A stretch of DNA of 64,000 nt, taken from Phoronis australis. Its lineage: Eukaryota > Animalia > Phoronida. Every line of letters starts with the position of its first letter. The first letter of the stretch is position 1. Below, piece by piece: positions 60,798 to 64,000 of this stretch. The notes under the pieces were generated by a model. That model saw only the letters and a program-made list of their open reading frames with translations, had not been told where the DNA came from and did not search any database. Made by a program: the position numbers and the translations under genes. Location of the stretch: NCBI GenBank assembly GCA_002633005.1, contig NMRA01000325.1:38132-102131 (forward strand), in the 5' to 3' direction.

Positions 60798-62181
60798 GAG
60801 CCGAAGGAGACGCCAGTAGGCTACGGAGGACGTGACGCCGTTATCTTCCGCTCCTGTAGGAATTATTTATAATTACGCCACTACGCAAAAGATAAAAAAA
60901 TCCATATGTAATTATCATTTCGCATGCCTGACCGGTTTTAGAATATTTTTTAATACTAAAAACCAAGAGTGTTACCAAAATGAGAAAAATAACAGCGTGT
61001 AATAGTACCATAAAAAGTAAAATGAACCAGAGAGCTTATATAAATGACTTGTTAAGCCATTAGACAAATTAAATTTAACTTGTTAAATGCATTTGTCGTC
61101 ATTATTTTGACATTTGTCTCTTTATTTTGATACCAACCCTTAGGGTTTATTTTGCATTACTCATCTCTATTTATAGTCTCAAGGGCCTACTTTTGCATTC
61201 CTACATTTCTCTATGCGACACCTGATTGGTCGCCCATATTTCCTTTGTTCAGTTCAACGTGGTCTCTCTCATTCAGCCACCTATCTCGTAGTCTACAAGA
61301 CCTACGTTCGTTCTCTGCATTTTTTCCCACCCCCCATCCCGGGTGTCGGTTCCACTTTCTCTTTTCTCATATACATTTTCCTGTTAGGTGTTTTCAATTT
61401 TTGTGTTCATGTTCTGTACTTTTCCTTTAAGCCCTTCAGGCAGTTCTTTTGTTTTGTTCCCTCTTTCAGGGCTATTCAATGTACACGCCGGTGGGCGTTT
61501 TGTCCATGCCCATCTTGCAGAGTCTTACTTAGTTCTATCTATTTACGTATTTACATTATTCGCAATCCTCCTCTTGTTTTACTCTGCAACATAGCTCATG
61601 GCGTACCCCGGGCAAAATAGATTACGATAAATAATTCCAATGATTCAAAAGATTTCTACCCAATAAATACAAAGGTTTTGGAATATGGATCCTTCACACC
61701 TGCTGTGGATAGTTTGGTCAGACATTCATCCAAAATTATACATCTTTATATGTAATAATTAATTGGACCTTTGGTGCCGTTTGATACAATTTTCAGTAAG
61801 AAATTCAAAATGCCGTGACATTTACGAAATTTGCAGATAAAGGTTTTCTGATAGATAAGAATGAGCAAACATCTATCACGTAGCTTTGAAATGTACTGTG
61901 GTTAGCTCATCGTAACACTGGGTGCAGTGTGGTTTCGATAAAATTTTAGAAATAAACTTTTTCTTCAGAACGTAAAGGTGATCCTCATACGATTGCCGTA
62001 AACAAGAGACATTGGGTCACATTTTTACGATTGTTATGTTACCAAAGAAAGTAGACTCAAGAAAATAGCAATATTCACAAAAACACACGATCTTATTCTG
62101 AGCACCTGTTGCATAGTTGTTCCGGTCAACATCCAAAAACGAAAAAACGGAACAGATGAATTTAAAAGCGGGTCTTCAGGT

Positions 62182-63898
62182 CTAAGTCAAATCCAAAACG
62201 TCAGGGTGAAATGTTCGCTGCAACACACAAAGAAGTATCGACATCGTATTTTGAGATGTAACACCCAAAAGTCTCGACAGAGTTTGTTGTTGTTGTTGTT
62301 GTGTTTATTGTTGTTGCTGTTGTTTTATATAGTTGAATGGGAAACTGCGGCTGTCGCAGAAACACATGAAACGTAACATTTTATCGTTTTAGTCGAGCGA
62401 TAAAATATGGCTATATCGCGTGGGAAATTACAATGGTATATGATAATAGGTTAATTTGGCCAAAAAGCGGAAATTTTAAATTGTGCGGGATTCCGAAAAA
62501 ATCAAAAAGTGGGACAGTCCGCCAAGAGCTGGGAAATCGGAAAATACATAGTACGCTGTCAGCAACACGAAGTACTAGGTAATTTTTTTCCTTTAAATCT
62601 CATTTCATTGGTGTAGGTAAATATCACTGACATGATAGCAGTAGCCGTACTTCTCAGAAATCGAATTAACAGAAAACGGCATTTGGGCAACAGGTAAATA
62701 TTGCACAAATGAACTGTTACAGAAAAAAATGAGAATAGAAATATTACACACGCACACGCACGCACGCACGCATCCAAACACACTTTGAGTAATTTTTCGG
62801 AAGTAACGTAAACACATCTGTTTTAGGGCCTAAACGTAACTTATTTCTGCAAAATACTTTAAATTAAGAATTATGTAAAGGGCGTTTGTCAAGTTTGGCG
62901 GCTGTTTTGTGGAATGCGCTGAAAAAAATTCAATGAAACTGGTTTGCTGGTGTTTTGAATGAGAAAAGCCAAGTTTTTTAGCCGTAACCTATTTTTGATG
63001 CAGCTTACCTTCAACTCCTGTCGCTTGCTGTCTGAGAAACCCGCTGCGATTTCAATTGACTGTCGAACAGATCAAAGTTGACAAAAGCCAGTTGGTAAGG
63101 GGAGTACTATGATCACATTTTTAGAAAGGCAATCTTGGGGAGGAAATGTCAAATTTGGGATTTTTGGTCCTATTATGATATGCTGGAATTTTTTCGCTGT
63201 GAATTAACTGATTAACATATGTGGCATAATTTAGTTTCAGTTATCATGAGCAGTGCGCGTGAGTTAATTGGGAATGCTACAAAACTCTTTGCTTTTTCAG
63301 ACTCTTGATAAGGATTTGAGAAAACGTCTCCCACTTCGGTGTGCGTTCTCGGCAGCCAAAACCCTGTATCAACTGTAGTATGTCCCCAGGAAGTTAACTA
63401 AGAGCTTACCGCTTGCATTGTGGGTAGTAAGATCTACCAACAGGACTGTCATCCAACGAGTGTCGAGCCAGATAAGATGTTTTATACCACAATATTAGCC
63501 TGAAATGACAGATACAACCGTGTAATAACCCATAAAGTTATCTCACTAGTGAGATAACGATTTGGCGGGAAACCGAGGACGGAGTCGAACCCGGGACCTT
63601 GAGTTTGCTGGTCGCCGACCTTAACCACTACACTACGCAGCGGCTGACGTCATCAAGAGTGAAAATAGAATACTTAAATGAGCACGCGCAATAATCGCAC
63701 GTTCAACAAACCACATTGTACTGTACTTATACGCTGCGAAAAATAAGACACATAATTTCCATAAAAATGACATCTTAATTCAATGAAATATTTCTCTCAT
63801 GTCCTCTTACTTGTAAATCACCGATCTCCAGTTTGAATGCGGGTATCGTGTCGTCAGGATCTTTGGCTTGAGAATTATATTCAGTTACCAGTGGTAAC
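62182..63898 (-). CDS. Tentative 3' end of an unidentified gene continuing beyond the window; exons 63898-63811, 63059-63009, 62217-62182
   Basis: GTAAGA and GTAAGC donors, pyrimidine-rich CAG acceptors for the last two exons, phase 0/0 joins: LPLVTEYNSQAKDPDDTIPAFKLEIGDLQ-SIEIAAGFSDSKRQELK-RTFHPDVLDLT*. No family recognised. Confidence 0.4.
63566..63646 (-). mobile_element. tRNA-derived SINE head or pseudo-tRNA
   Basis: Pol III A box TAGTGTAGTGG and B box GGTTCGACTCC with tRNA-like spacing, but acceptor and anticodon stems do not pair. Confidence 0.65.
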
Positions 63899-64000
63899 CT
63901 ACTTTAGCAGACGATAATTTCCCGGTCAAAGCTTAGCGTGAAAAAAACGTGTTTTAAGCTATAATAGTTGGTAAACCTTAATTTATAAATTCAGTTTATT

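Noticed and set aside
63566-63646. Functional tRNA gene
   Set aside because: A and B boxes present but acceptor and anticodon stems do not pair; treated as SINE head or pseudo-tRNA.

Overview
AT-rich eukaryotic genomic DNA with spliceosomal introns and dense, decayed transposon content, most consistent with a marine invertebrate metazoan; no prokaryotic features (no operons, CRISPR or rRNA). Four intron-containing minus-strand genes can be built by hand with phase-consistent splice sites: a secreted protein with a farnesoic-acid O-methyltransferase-like (Methyltransf_FA) domain, ZCCHC10, a diamine/thialysine N-acetyltransferase (SAT family, first exon not found), and a two-exon secreted protein with a CASPR/neurexin-IV-type fibrinogen-like domain. 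The tentative 3' end of a fifth gene lies at the right edge. The rest is CR1/L2-type LINE remnants, Penelope GIY-YIG remnants with hammerhead-ribozyme motifs, Kolobok-like THAP/KolX elements, hAT-like MITEs with 5-6 bp target duplications, LTR-like remnants and several minisatellites. The most interesting signals are a set of hammerhead motifs (including an inverted pair inside an intron), a deleted Kolobok element, and a probable GC-AG donor fused to a minisatellite. I do not see evidence for a wholly new biological system; all calls are by eye, with no database search.
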